Positions 1 through 8,619 of a DNA stretch of 64,000 nucleotides are shown here, piece by piece. The position numbers and the translations under genes were made by a program. Location: positions 1 to 64,000 of the IMG/VR virus record IMGVR_UViG_3300042691_039521, one strand, 5' to 3'. This DNA comes from a virus. The notes under the pieces were generated by a model. It searched no databases. It saw nothing but the letters and a program-made list of their open reading frames with translations, and was not told where the DNA came from. Position 1 is the first letter of the stretch; each line of letters begins with the position of its first letter.

Positions 1-204
1 CCCCGCTTGCACTTTTTTGTAAGTTTACACTTGTACACTTGGTTGATTCTTATTTCTGCTTATGTATATCTATTTTCCTCTGTAATGCTCCTAGATTGCG
101 TTCTAAGGGCTTTTATGGTGTAAAAGGTACTGGTATACTGCTCTGGGGGTTGGATCGCTTAGAACGGCTTCTGGGGGCTGCGGGTTTTTGTGGGGAAATA
201 TACT

Positions 205-234
205 TTGACAAAATTTTATGTGATGTAGTATACT
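205..234 (+). promoter_or_regulatory. sigma70/SigA-type early promoter
   Basis: TTGACA (205-210), 18 nt spacer, TATACT (229-234), upstream of AGGAG RBS and ATG at 269. Confidence 0.75.
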
Positions 235-268
235 AGTTATATATGGTTAATTCGAAAAGGAGAAGATA

Positions 269-439
269 ATGGCCAAGGGATTGGTTTTTGAGAAAGATCC
301 ATTCTGGCTTACCGAGAAAGAGGGGGCAGCGGATCGTCTTGATGATTTTGCTGCGATAGCATTATCAGATGGACGCAAAGATATGTCGAAGCAATTGAAG
401 GCAATTGCTCAGCAACTAAGAGAAAAAAAGTTAATATGA
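269..439 (+). CDS. small hypothetical protein (56 aa, MAKGLVFEKDPFW...)
   Basis: Translated by hand; AAGGAG RBS; ATGA overlap with next gene. Confidence 0.7.
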   Translation: MAKGLVFEKDPFWLTEKEGAADRLDDFAAIALSDGRKDMSKQLKAIAQQLREKKLI

Positions 440-804
440 GTATAGATACACCGGTTTCATTGGATCGGCAAATAGATGAAGAGCCTATGATAAAGATAAC
501 AAAAGTAGGTTGGGCTGGATACATGTGGGATATACCTATTCCAGACACATTATGTCAACTGAGTATTGATCGTATTTATCCCACGAAGAAGTGGGCCTTA
601 TGGGCGGCACGGAGGCATTGGGTAAAGCATCAAAAAGAAATGAAAGTTGAATACTATCTCAGAAACGTGCAGATGCTAGAAGAAGGCCATCCTGATCTAG
701 TGTTAGCTTTCTCAGATAATCTAGAAGAATCCAAAGGAACTGCTATGATGGTAAAGTTAGCTAAAGATGCTGGAGTACCAGTGTATGTGATAGGAAGAGG
801 ATAA
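436..804 (+). CDS. hypothetical protein with C-terminal SLOG/YspA (DUF2493)-like half domain
   Basis: C-terminus RNVQMLEEGHPDLVLAF...SKGTAMMVKLAKDAGVPV matches second half of phage SLOG proteins; N-terminal half unrelated. Confidence 0.6.
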   Translation: MSIDTPVSLDRQIDEEPMIKITKVGWAGYMWDIPIPDTLCQLSIDRIYPTKKWALWAARRHWVKHQKEMKVEYYLRNVQMLEEGHPDLVLAFSDNLEESKGTAMMVKLAKDAGVPVYVIGRG

Positions 805-974
805 TGAAAGTATATGCTATAACCTACTATACAGGAGATGCTGACGTAACTTTTAAAGTTTACAAGAAAAAGAGTACAGCACTACGTGTTCTTAATGTAA
901 TGAACCTAATGGAACCAGCCACCCAACATTCAGGTGGAGATTTTTACAATCTAGTAGAATGGGAAGTAGAATGA
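804..974 (+). CDS. small hypothetical protein (56 aa)
   Basis: Hand translation MKVYAITYYTGDAD...; TAATG and ATGA coupling to both neighbours. Confidence 0.65.
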   Translation: MKVYAITYYTGDADVTFKVYKKKSTALRVLNVMNLMEPATQHSGGDFYNLVEWEVE

Positions 975-1222
975 TTGAAGTAAGTTTATATGAATCAGAT
1001 GTAGAAGTGTTAAAAAGCATCGCACATGGTAACGCACTATTTTCAGGTGGGGCTGGTGATTGGGACCCGAAAGTTGGTTTATCGCTTCTGATAGAGCGTT
1101 GGAACGAACAAGATGATGAAATAGAAAGATTACAGAAAAGAGTTAAAGAACTAGAAGAAAGTATACAACAAGCTTTTAGTGGAACCAAAAAACATGAGAA
1201 AGATATAGAGGCAGGACAATGA
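971..1222 (+). CDS. hypothetical protein with C-terminal coiled coil
   Basis: ORF 959..1222, start trimmed to ATGA-coupled ATG at 971. Confidence 0.65.
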   Translation: MIEVSLYESDVEVLKSIAHGNALFSGGAGDWDPKVGLSLLIERWNEQDDEIERLQKRVKELEESIQQAFSGTKKHEKDIEAGQ

Positions 1223-1389
1223 ATAGAATATTAGTAAGAACAAAACCAGAACTAGAAATAGTAGAATACCATGGATGTTCAATAATCCTAGATAACGCTG
1301 ATCGTAGCGTCAGAATTGAAAAAGGAAGCGAAACCGTAGCACACTACGATAAAGACGAATATCTAGTAATAACACAGGAGATAGGATGA
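1219..1389 (+). CDS. small hypothetical protein (56 aa)
   Basis: Hand translation MNRILVRTKPELEIV...; ATGA overlaps at both ends. Confidence 0.65.
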   Translation: MNRILVRTKPELEIVEYHGCSIILDNADRSVRIEKGSETVAHYDKDEYLVITQEIG

Positions 1390-1631
1390 ACATCATCAAC
1401 ACCACAGTAGAGTTCGAAGAAAGAGAACGAGTAAAAGACCCAAACATGCTAGGCTACGAATGGGGAAACTACGAAGACTACTACTGGTACGGCATCATGA
1501 AAATGAACGGAATACCAATCTTCGAAACAAGAATCAACTACATCTACGACGACGAACAACAAATGCTAGAACAAGTAATTGAAGCCTACGCTAGATACAT
1601 CAAACCATACAAAGAAACAATACTAGCCTAA
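1386..1631 (+). CDS. hypothetical protein
   Basis: ORF track; AGGAG RBS; followed by terminator. Confidence 0.7.
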   Translation: MNIINTTVEFEERERVKDPNMLGYEWGNYEDYYWYGIMKMNGIPIFETRINYIYDDEQQMLEQVIEAYARYIKPYKETILA

Positions 1632-1633
1632 GC

Positions 1634-1665
1634 AAACAGGGCACCCGCAAAGGTGTCCTGTTTTT
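1634..1665 (+). terminator. intrinsic terminator
   Basis: AAACAGGGCACC-cgcaaa-GGTGTCCTGTTT followed by T-run. Confidence 0.8.
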
Positions 1666-1711
1666 GCGTTACAGACGAAATATAAACTAGATTCGACAAA
1701 GGAGAAGCAGA

Positions 1712-2041
1712 ATGAAAGAAAGTATCTTCCTACAAAAAATGGCGAAACTCTACGCCCAAGAAGAAACAATGATGATCATGGAAGGTGACTTCGTGACATT
1801 TGCTGTAGAAGACGAAACAGAAATCGGTCGAGTAGAATACGTCATGACAGAAGGCTACTTCAGCATACCAGAATCAAAATACTACACCGAAGCCACACCA
1901 GAAAACCCAGCACTCCTCATTAGAATCTACGAAGAAAAAGAAGAAACAGAATACATGATAGGCAAACTCTACAGCGAAGTACAACCAGCCAACCTAGACG
2001 AATACGAAGCAAACGAAATGGAAAACGAAGAAGAAGACTAG
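1712..2041 (+). CDS. acidic hypothetical protein, possible HVA1/DUF2945-like Tudor domain
   Basis: EGDFV...GRVEY...EATPENPALLIRIY pattern; AAGGAG RBS; preceded by late-promoter-like motif at ~1674. Confidence 0.5.
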   Translation: MKESIFLQKMAKLYAQEETMMIMEGDFVTFAVEDETEIGRVEYVMTEGYFSIPESKYYTEATPENPALLIRIYEEKEETEYMIGKLYSEVQPANLDEYEANEMENEEED

Positions 2042-2063
2042 AAACAGGAAACAAGAAAGAAAT

Positions 2064-2597
2064 ATGCATAAAAATCTTAAATTTATATTATTGGCATTAG
2101 CATATTTGGGAGTCATACTTGCAGCAAACTGGGCGCTAGTTACATGGGGAATGATATCAATAGGATTCGGCCTAATGGCACCAGCCGGTGTATTCTTTGC
2201 AGGACTATCATTTGGTCTACGAGATGCATTACAGGAAAGCCATGGAAGGCTATCAACAATAACTCTCATTTTTATTGGAGCAGGACTATCGTGGTTCATT
2301 AGTCCAACGTTCGCTCTCGCATCAGGAATAGCATTTCTTTTTGGAGAACTAGCCGACCTTGCTGTATATACGCCTTTAAGACAAAAACAATGGACCACAG
2401 CAGTAATTGCTTCAAACATAGTAGGATCAATCATAGACTCCATACTTTTCCTTCTCCTAGCTTTCGGAACAGAAGAGCTAACATGGCAAGGACTAGCCGG
2501 ATTAACACTAGGAAAATTTTATATGATCATACCATCCATCTTCATAGTGAAATACTATAGAAATCAGACCAATGATCTACTACGGCAATCCGTGTAA
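2064..2597 (+). CDS. VUT/YhhQ-family membrane transporter (queuosine-precursor type)
   Basis: Multi-TM; ILAANW, PAGV..AG..F.LRD..QE..G, ASGIAFL..EL.D..VY, SN.VG...DS..F motifs of VUT family. Confidence 0.8.
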   Translation: MHKNLKFILLALAYLGVILAANWALVTWGMISIGFGLMAPAGVFFAGLSFGLRDALQESHGRLSTITLIFIGAGLSWFISPTFALASGIAFLFGELADLAVYTPLRQKQWTTAVIASNIVGSIIDSILFLLLAFGTEELTWQGLAGLTLGKFYMIIPSIFIVKYYRNQTNDLLRQSV

Positions 2598-3204
2598 CGA
2601 AAAGGTCAAAGATGCTATTTCTGCCGGAACAATAGGATGCATCACACAGCCAGGACAAAGAAACGTCACCTTTCCAGAAGAATGGGACATGATAGCAGAC
2701 AATGGATGTTTCTCAAATAAATGGAACCATCAACACTGGCTCAACTGGATGACAGAACTACCAAGACAAATGAGATTCATGGTAGCGCCAGATGTTTTTC
2801 ACAAAGACGGAACAGAATGTCATGAAGCAACAGTAGAAAAATGGAACTACTATGCCCCCATCATCGAACGACACGGATTCACCCCAGCATTCGTATGCCA
2901 AATAGGCTGCACACCAGACAACATGCCAGACGCCGAAGCATACTTCCTCGGCGGAACAACAGAATGGAAAATAGGAGAACCAGCACAACTCGTCAGCAAA
3001 GAAGCAAAACGACGCGGAGCATGGCTACACATGGGAAGAGTAAACTCACTTAAACGACTACGCATAGCCGCATCATTTGAATGCGACTCGGTAGACGGAA
3101 CATACCTCACATATGGACCCGACAAAAATCTACCACTATTAACAAAATGGATGAACATGGTAAACGAAGAAATAAGAAAAGGAGAAACACATGGAAATAT
3201 ATGA
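2572..3204 (+). CDS. DpdA-like (TGT-fold) 7-deazaguanine transglycosylase
   Basis: ADNGCFS, PDV, FLGGTTEWK, HMGRVNSLKRL, CDSVDGT motifs correspond to TGT DSGxF / H..G / DSxD; coupled to VUT gene. Confidence 0.7.
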   Translation: MIYYGNPCNEKVKDAISAGTIGCITQPGQRNVTFPEEWDMIADNGCFSNKWNHQHWLNWMTELPRQMRFMVAPDVFHKDGTECHEATVEKWNYYAPIIERHGFTPAFVCQIGCTPDNMPDAEAYFLGGTTEWKIGEPAQLVSKEAKRRGAWLHMGRVNSLKRLRIAASFECDSVDGTYLTYGPDKNLPLLTKWMNMVNEEIRKGETHGNI

Positions 3205-3382
3205 AGAAAGACCAACATTCCCCAGTCTCAAAGAAGCAGACACAGCACACAACATCATCCAAAAAATCGTCGCAGGAGCCTACCTCGACCTAGAAGACAA
3301 CACCATCTGCATCGACGGCTGGATACCCATCACCGACAACGAACTCACCTACATCAGAAAAATCGCCGCCCAACAAGCATAA
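3191..3382 (+). CDS. hypothetical protein
   Basis: ORF track; AAGGAG RBS. Confidence 0.7.
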   Translation: MEIYEERPTFPSLKEADTAHNIIQKIVAGAYLDLEDNTICIDGWIPITDNELTYIRKIAAQQA

Positions 3383-3435
3383 TCACCACGAATTAAAAAA
3401 ATAGGGATCAGAAAAAAATATATTGCGGAGAACGA

Positions 3436-3463
3436 CAAAAGCCCCCTCAATTGGGGGCTTTTG
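3436..3463. terminator. bidirectional intrinsic terminator between convergent gene blocks
   Basis: CAAAAGCCCCC-tcaatt-GGGGGCTTTTG inverted repeat with A/T tails on both sides. Confidence 0.85.
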
Positions 3464-3465
3464 CT

Positions 3466-3612
3466 TTACGCTGGATTTGTTCTCAGCCAACCACACTTAG
3501 GACACTGATTCACACCTGGAGCTAAAACAAACTTGCATTGCTCACCGTCAGGTTTTTTATGGAAATCAAACGTGAACGTTTTAGGTGGTTGATCAAAAGG
3601 ATCGTCCGTCAT
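3466..3612 (-). CDS. small Cys/His-containing protein (48 aa, CPKC motif)
   Basis: Hand translation MTDDPFDQPPK...HKKPDGEQC...CPKCGW; ATGA coupling to upstream gene. Confidence 0.55.
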   Translation of the reverse strand: MTDDPFDQPPKTFTFDFHKKPDGEQCKFVLAPGVNQCPKCGWLRTNPA

Positions 3613-4361
3613 AAACGATATGCGTTCAGAATACGGTCAATATATTCGTTAGGTCTACGTTCGATAGTAGACCAAGAAGGTAGCCAAACATCTGGCCGAC
3701 CAGCAGCAATCCACTGCCTAGCTCCACCTATACCAAGGTTATAGGATGCTACTTGATCACGAATATTATCCCCCAAATACAGTGAAGCAGTGTAGAGATA
3801 ATTTTCAATAAAGTCTATCGCCCAATATGGATCAAAAGCTTCTTGCATGGAAACCCTAGGATGAGCAATTGTATTGACTTGTGCCAAGCCCCAATCGTTC
3901 TTATCGGCATATCCAACCGCACCTGGGTCCCAACCACCCTCATAGTACAATATGCCCCAAATGGCGTGCCACTCATCATCATCCTGACCATCTACAACAG
4001 GTAGGAACATTAAAGTTTTCATTGTATTCGGGCCAACAACCCCATCAACTTTAATTGAACCAATTTTCTGTAACTTCTTCACGGCATAATCTGTGTCCGG
4101 ACCAAATACGCCATCAACTTTGATAGAAACACCAAGACCATCACAGTCGTTCAGAAGTCTCTGAATAGCTTTCACACCATAATGAACAGCAAGTTCATCT
4201 AGCGGAATTGGTTGACCATCAATAAAACGGAGAACGGCTGCTAACCCAGGCTTGTTCCATCCTTCGCCTAAAAGATAATATTTGCCGGGAGTTGTGGGGT
4301 TTTTAAGAGTTCCACCTCTACCGTCTGATGGCCACGCTCCACGTCCTTGTCTTTCTAACAT
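3609..4361 (-). CDS. peptidoglycan-binding domain + lytic transglycosylase (SLT-like) cell-wall hydrolase
   Basis: VDGVFGPDTDYAVKKLQ/VDGVVGPNT PG-binding repeats; catalytic YEGG, DWGLAQVN, ASYNLG SLT motifs. Confidence 0.8.
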   Translation of the reverse strand: MLERQGRGAWPSDGRGGTLKNPTTPGKYYLLGEGWNKPGLAAVLRFIDGQPIPLDELAVHYGVKAIQRLLNDCDGLGVSIKVDGVFGPDTDYAVKKLQKIGSIKVDGVVGPNTMKTLMFLPVVDGQDDDEWHAIWGILYYEGGWDPGAVGYADKNDWGLAQVNTIAHPRVSMQEAFDPYWAIDFIENYLYTASLYLGDNIRDQVASYNLGIGGARQWIAAGRPDVWLPSWSTIERRPNEYIDRILNAYRL

Positions 4362-4362
4362 T

Positions 4363-4539
4363 TTATCCTACTTTCTTCCAAAAGAATACTGTAATGTATG
4401 GTTTGCCGTCTACGACCTCGGGACCGTTGACGGCAATAAAATCTTTCATACCTTCAAATACGGCTTTTGTTTCTCCTTGCCCAAGAATACCTTGACATGG
4501 AAGTTTGAGCCAAGCTAATTTGTAACTATTCCCACTCAT
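4363..4539 (-). CDS. small hypothetical protein (58 aa)
   Basis: Hand translation MSGNSYKLAWLKLPC...; fills gap in minus-strand operon. Confidence 0.5.
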   Translation of the reverse strand: MSGNSYKLAWLKLPCQGILGQGETKAVFEGMKDFIAVNGPEVVDGKPYITVFFWKKVG

Positions 4540-4801
4540 TAACTTTTACCCATTCTGTTATCGTAACCTCTTTAGGGAAAACTGTATATACATTTGACGG
4601 TTCAAAATCTATTTCTGCGTCTCCAGCACCACAGTAATATGTAAAAGCATAAAAGGGTGTCGTCCCATCTTTTGAAGTAAATACAACTTCTTCATCAAAG
4701 CCCCAACGACGTTCGCCTTTATTATTTGTGGCGACAATAACCCATTTATCGGAAGCGTCCTCTGCAATTTTTTCTAGCTCTAGTTCTGAGAACTTAATCA
4801 T
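4526..4801 (-). CDS. hypothetical protein
   Basis: ORF 4526..4903, start trimmed to MIKFSELE. Confidence 0.6.
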   Translation of the reverse strand: MIKFSELELEKIAEDASDKWVIVATNNKGERRWGFDEEVVFTSKDGTTPFYAFTYYCGAGDAEIDFEPSNVYTVFPKEVTITEWVKVNEWE

Positions 4802-5045
4802 AGTATTCTTTATCCTCGTCAAATAAATTTGTTTCTTCACCATCTCTAGCATAACGATATCCGCTGAGAATGATTCTATTTCCTTTAATTTCGAATTCAT
4901 CATCGAAATCTATTTCTTCCCAAGCATCTAGGATTTGATCCATTAATATTTTAATACGAGAGTCTTCAAAATCAAATGGATCTTTAATTGTTTTTATTAC
5001 ATGAACTTTTTTCAATTCTCGTTCTACGCTTCTTCTTCTAGCCAT
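4794..5045 (-). CDS. hypothetical protein
   Basis: ORF 4794..5087, start trimmed to MARRRSVE. Confidence 0.55.
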   Translation of the reverse strand: MARRRSVERELKKVHVIKTIKDPFDFEDSRIKILMDQILDAWEEIDFDDEFEIKGNRIILSGYRYARDGEETNLFDEDKEYYD

Positions 5046-5206
5046 TTCTTTCTTTCCTCTAAGACTTTCGCTCCAGTATTCATACATTCAACCCAGTGAT
5101 CTACCTCATCTCCAGAGAAGTATTCTGACACAACTTCAAAGATAGTGTAGTTTCCCTCTGCTATGTACCACCGTCTTTCGTGATATATTTTTCTAAAATC
5201 ACCCAT
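5024..5206 (-). CDS. hypothetical protein
   Basis: ORF track, co-oriented with neighbours. Confidence 0.55.
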   Translation of the reverse strand: MGDFRKIYHERRWYIAEGNYTIFEVVSEYFSGDEVDHWVECMNTGAKVLEERKKWLEEEA

Positions 5207-5342
5207 GATGTTTCTCGCAATTCTTGAATAGATGGTTAAGAATTACAGCGTCAGGTTCTTCTGCATCAGAGTATTCTAGCAAAATCCAGCAATCTGGACA
5301 TCTTGTTTTATTGATCTTTTTCACAGGATAAACTCCTTTTAT

Positions 5343-5807
5343 TCACAGGGAAACGCCTATAACGTCTATGTTAGCTTCGTTAAACAGACCTAAAGTAACG
5401 TCTTCTCCAAGACGTTGGAAATCTTCTTTTAGATACACTATTCTAGCACATCCAGAGTTAACAATCAACTTGGCACAGTTGAAACATGGCCAACCGTTGA
5501 CATATAATGTTCCACCTTGACGCTTAAATGGATCTGAAACTGATAGACAGTTTTGTTCAGCATGGTTGGAGTAGCAGAGTCCATCACCATAATCGTATGG
5601 TGTTCCCGATGGAACATTGTTTATTGCTCTTGGACAGCCACCCCAATCACAATGCTCAAACCCTGAAGGTGTCCCATTATACCCTGTTGCGTTGATAATC
5701 CCATATCTATCAACAATTATTGCCATGTATTGTTTTTTGGAACAAGTGGAGAAAATCTTTGCACCATCAATACACCATTGCATCCATTTTAGATCTTTAT
5801 TTTCCAT
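5343..5807 (-). CDS. dCMP deaminase
   Basis: STC, TGYNG.PSG..HC, HAEQN, PCFNC zinc-dependent deaminase motifs. Confidence 0.92.
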   Translation of the reverse strand: MENKDLKWMQWCIDGAKIFSTCSKKQYMAIIVDRYGIINATGYNGTPSGFEHCDWGGCPRAINNVPSGTPYDYGDGLCYSNHAEQNCLSVSDPFKRQGGTLYVNGWPCFNCAKLIVNSGCARIVYLKEDFQRLGEDVTLGLFNEANIDVIGVSL

Positions 5808-6186
5808 ATTGTTGTATAAATTCTACAAAAATGTCCTGTAACTTAATTCCGTTTATTTTCAATTTATCATTACTTAATTTTATTTTAACTGGAAATTTAG
5901 AATAATGAAGATTACGACAGGCTATATACCGATGGTTACCATCAGAAAGAATGATACCATTTTGCCCTATTGTTATCTCTGCGGGGTTTATTAGCCCACG
6001 TCTCTGAATATCAGCCATAAGTTGGCCAATATATATTTTATCCTTAAAGTTGGTTTCATTGGAAATTTTTTGGTCAACAATTTTTTCCATGATAACCATC
6101 GGTATGTAAATATAATCTTTAGGTTTTTCTATTTGTAAATTTTCAGGATTTTCAAACTCTAAAAATTCACAACCCCAATTTTCCAC
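5797..6186 (-). CDS. ParB/Srx N-terminal-like domain protein
   Basis: LMADIQRRGLINP...LSDGNHRYIA motif. Confidence 0.7.
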   Translation of the reverse strand: MENWGCEFLEFENPENLQIEKPKDYIYIPMVIMEKIVDQKISNETNFKDKIYIGQLMADIQRRGLINPAEITIGQNGIILSDGNHRYIACRNLHYSKFPVKIKLSNDKLKINGIKLQDIFVEFIQQYGK

Positions 6187-6190
6187 TTAT

Positions 6191-7240
6191 TTAGAGTGTA
6201 ACTGATTTTGGATCAACCATCAGTTGTCGGAACTTGATTAATGCATCACCGGAAAGTGGCACGCCACCATTCAAATTCGTGTCGAAGTAACACGAACCGG
6301 GGGAGCCAATCTCAATAAGATGATTATACCATTCTTGCATTTCTGCTGCGCCCGAGGCTGTATGATCCTTATTGCCCCATTCACCTATTGCAATTCTTAT
6401 ATTTTTTTGCTTACAGAAGGCAAGTGTATTCAACCACATTTGAGTTTTTTGAGTAGTTGAGCTTGCTTCTACGTAATGGTCGATACCCATAAAGTCCCAA
6501 ATACCATCTACCCAATAATCTGCGGGATTCCGCCCACTACGTGTGTCCCAAGTCCATGCCATTAAAATTGGGGCGAATGCTACATTTTTAACTCCGGAAG
6601 CATTAAGCAGTTGACGAATATGTGTTTGCATAGCCCGCCAATCAGGTTCTGTACCCTGTCCCTCATCTGGATATGCTGTGCCGTTTCCACCTTCTGGTTC
6701 GTGATGAACACTAAACCATACAGGTTTTTGTAGAGAACCAAGAGACTTGATTAAAGCGATTAGTTCATTATCTAGTTGTCCTGCTGCAGTGTTTTTCCAA
6801 GAAACACTTACCTTGTTAATATTTGTTAACTTAATTGAAACCCAAGGGAGACGCCCAGCGGTATGATCAGCTTTACATGCTGAAATTAGTGAGCTTGCTT
6901 GATCAAGTCTCCAAAATGTTCTACGAACGCCAACTGGCACCCCGGCCGCTGTTTCGTGTGGAGTTGGAATCCCATTAGACATATAACTACAACCCCAACG
7001 AATCTTTCCCGCACCTGGGTCGCCAGGAAACGTTAATGTTTGTGCAGAAGGTTCGGGAGTGGAAGAATTTTCTAGAAGTCTTAGACGATCCTTAATGTCT
7101 TGCATACCTAAAAGAATATCTCTATTTGATTCTGCTAATCCAGCAATTTGCTGGCTTTGTTCGGTAACAGTTTGGTTTAATTCATTGATTTGCTTTTGTT
7201 TTTCCTCTAAGAGAGGGAAAATATCTGGATCAACGCCCAT
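6191..7240 (-). CDS. coiled-coil + GH26-like glycoside hydrolase
   Basis: HHEPEG (acid/base), DFMGIDHY, IAIGEWG (nucleophile); start trimmed to ATG 7240 after AAGGAG RBS. Confidence 0.7.
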   Translation of the reverse strand: MGVDPDIFPLLEEKQKQINELNQTVTEQSQQIAGLAESNRDILLGMQDIKDRLRLLENSSTPEPSAQTLTFPGDPGAGKIRWGCSYMSNGIPTPHETAAGVPVGVRRTFWRLDQASSLISACKADHTAGRLPWVSIKLTNINKVSVSWKNTAAGQLDNELIALIKSLGSLQKPVWFSVHHEPEGGNGTAYPDEGQGTEPDWRAMQTHIRQLLNASGVKNVAFAPILMAWTWDTRSGRNPADYWVDGIWDFMGIDHYVEASSTTQKTQMWLNTLAFCKQKNIRIAIGEWGNKDHTASGAAEMQEWYNHLIEIGSPGSCYFDTNLNGGVPLSGDALIKFRQLMVDPKSVTL

Positions 7241-7270
7241 TTTTTCTCCTTTATGATTAGTTCTATATAC

Positions 7271-7299
7271 AGTATATCGTATAAGTTCCATTTTGTCAA
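7271..7299 (-). promoter_or_regulatory. sigma70/SigA-type promoter for GH26-like operon
   Basis: Minus strand TTGACA-17-TATACT. Confidence 0.75.
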
Positions 7300-7351
7300 C
7301 TGACGATATTTGAATTGACAATCTATTTCCCAAGCGAAGGAGGGCGTTATT

Positions 7352-8617
7352 TTGCTCTATGTATTGGATACTTCAGTTATTCTTGCCGACCCGAAATGCT
7401 TAGAAAGGTTGTCTAACAAAAATATTATTATTCCACTTATAGTTTTAACAGAGTTGGAGGCTAAAAGAAATCATCCAGATCTTGGTTTTGCTGCTCGGTC
7501 TGCTTTAAGAAAACTTGAAGAATATAGAAAAATTAGAAACTTAACTGAAGAAATCCAAACAGAAAATGGTGGAACTTTACGAATTGAAGTTAATCATATT
7601 GATGAGTCTGGTTTACCGAAAGCCTTGCAGGTTCCAGAAAATGATAATAGGATTTTAGCAGTTGCATCTAATCTTTCAAAGAAATATGATGTTACCCTTT
7701 TAACAAAAGATTTACCTTTAAGATTAAAGGCTTCTATTGCCGGCCTTGAGGCTTCTGATTACAGAACAGATAACATTGATGTTGACTGGAGTGGTCTAGT
7801 TGAGGTTAGTGTATCAGAATATTTAATAGATGATTTGTATGAACATGGTTCTGTTTTCGTACATGATCTTGTTAAATATCCGGTGAATACAGGTATAATT
7901 TTGAAGTCTAGTAATTCTTCTAGTTCAGCTTTAGCGAGGCTAACTAAAAAGGGTGACGTTAAATTAGTTAGAGATACTCATTTATTTGATGTGAGAGGTC
8001 GAAGTGCTGAACAAAGAATCGCTTTGGACATTCTATCTGATGATAGCGTCGGAATTGTTTCTCTTGCCGGAAAAGCTGGTACAGGAAAATCACTTCTCGC
8101 TATCGCCGCTGGACTTGAATCAGTGGTTGAGAAAAGGTCTAAAAATAAAGTTACAGTGTTTCGACCACTTTATGCAGTCGGGGGACAAGATATCGGTTTT
8201 CTCCCAGGAACTGCTGAGGAAAAAATGGAACCATGGACCGCTGCAGTATTCGACGCTCTTGAAGCCTTCTGCGGACCAGAAGTTATCGAACAAGTAATTG
8301 AGGAAGAATTATTAGAAGTTTTACCTTTGACTTATATACGAGGAAGAACATTAAATAACAGTTTCATCATCATTGACGAAGCACAAAATTTATCAGAGAT
8401 GGTTCTTTTGACAGCATTAAGTAGAACAGGAAATAATGCAAAAGTAGTTATGACCCATGATGTTGGGCAAAGAGATAATCTCAGGGTGGGGAAATATGAT
8501 GGGATTTCGGCGGTTGTAAATAAGTTATCAGGAAATGAATTATTCGCACATATTACATTGAGAAAGAGCGAAAGATCGCCTATTGCCGAATTAGTTTCCA
8601 GCGTATTGGAAGGATAG
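7352..8617 (+). CDS. phoH: PhoH2-type protein (PIN domain + PhoH ATPase)
   Basis: YVLDTSV PIN start, NDNRIL, GKAGTGKS Walker A, YIRGRTL, IIDEAQN, SERSPIA. Confidence 0.92.
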   Translation: MLYVLDTSVILADPKCLERLSNKNIIIPLIVLTELEAKRNHPDLGFAARSALRKLEEYRKIRNLTEEIQTENGGTLRIEVNHIDESGLPKALQVPENDNRILAVASNLSKKYDVTLLTKDLPLRLKASIAGLEASDYRTDNIDVDWSGLVEVSVSEYLIDDLYEHGSVFVHDLVKYPVNTGIILKSSNSSSSALARLTKKGDVKLVRDTHLFDVRGRSAEQRIALDILSDDSVGIVSLAGKAGTGKSLLAIAAGLESVVEKRSKNKVTVFRPLYAVGGQDIGFLPGTAEEKMEPWTAAVFDALEAFCGPEVIEQVIEEELLEVLPLTYIRGRTLNNSFIIIDEAQNLSEMVLLTALSRTGNNAKVVMTHDVGQRDNLRVGKYDGISAVVNKLSGNELFAHITLRKSERSPIAELVSSVLEG

Positions 8618-8619
8618 AG

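Noticed and set aside
39-236. 65-aa ORF at window start
   Set aside because: No RBS, overlaps the promoter at 205-234, and lies in G/T-skewed likely non-coding DNA
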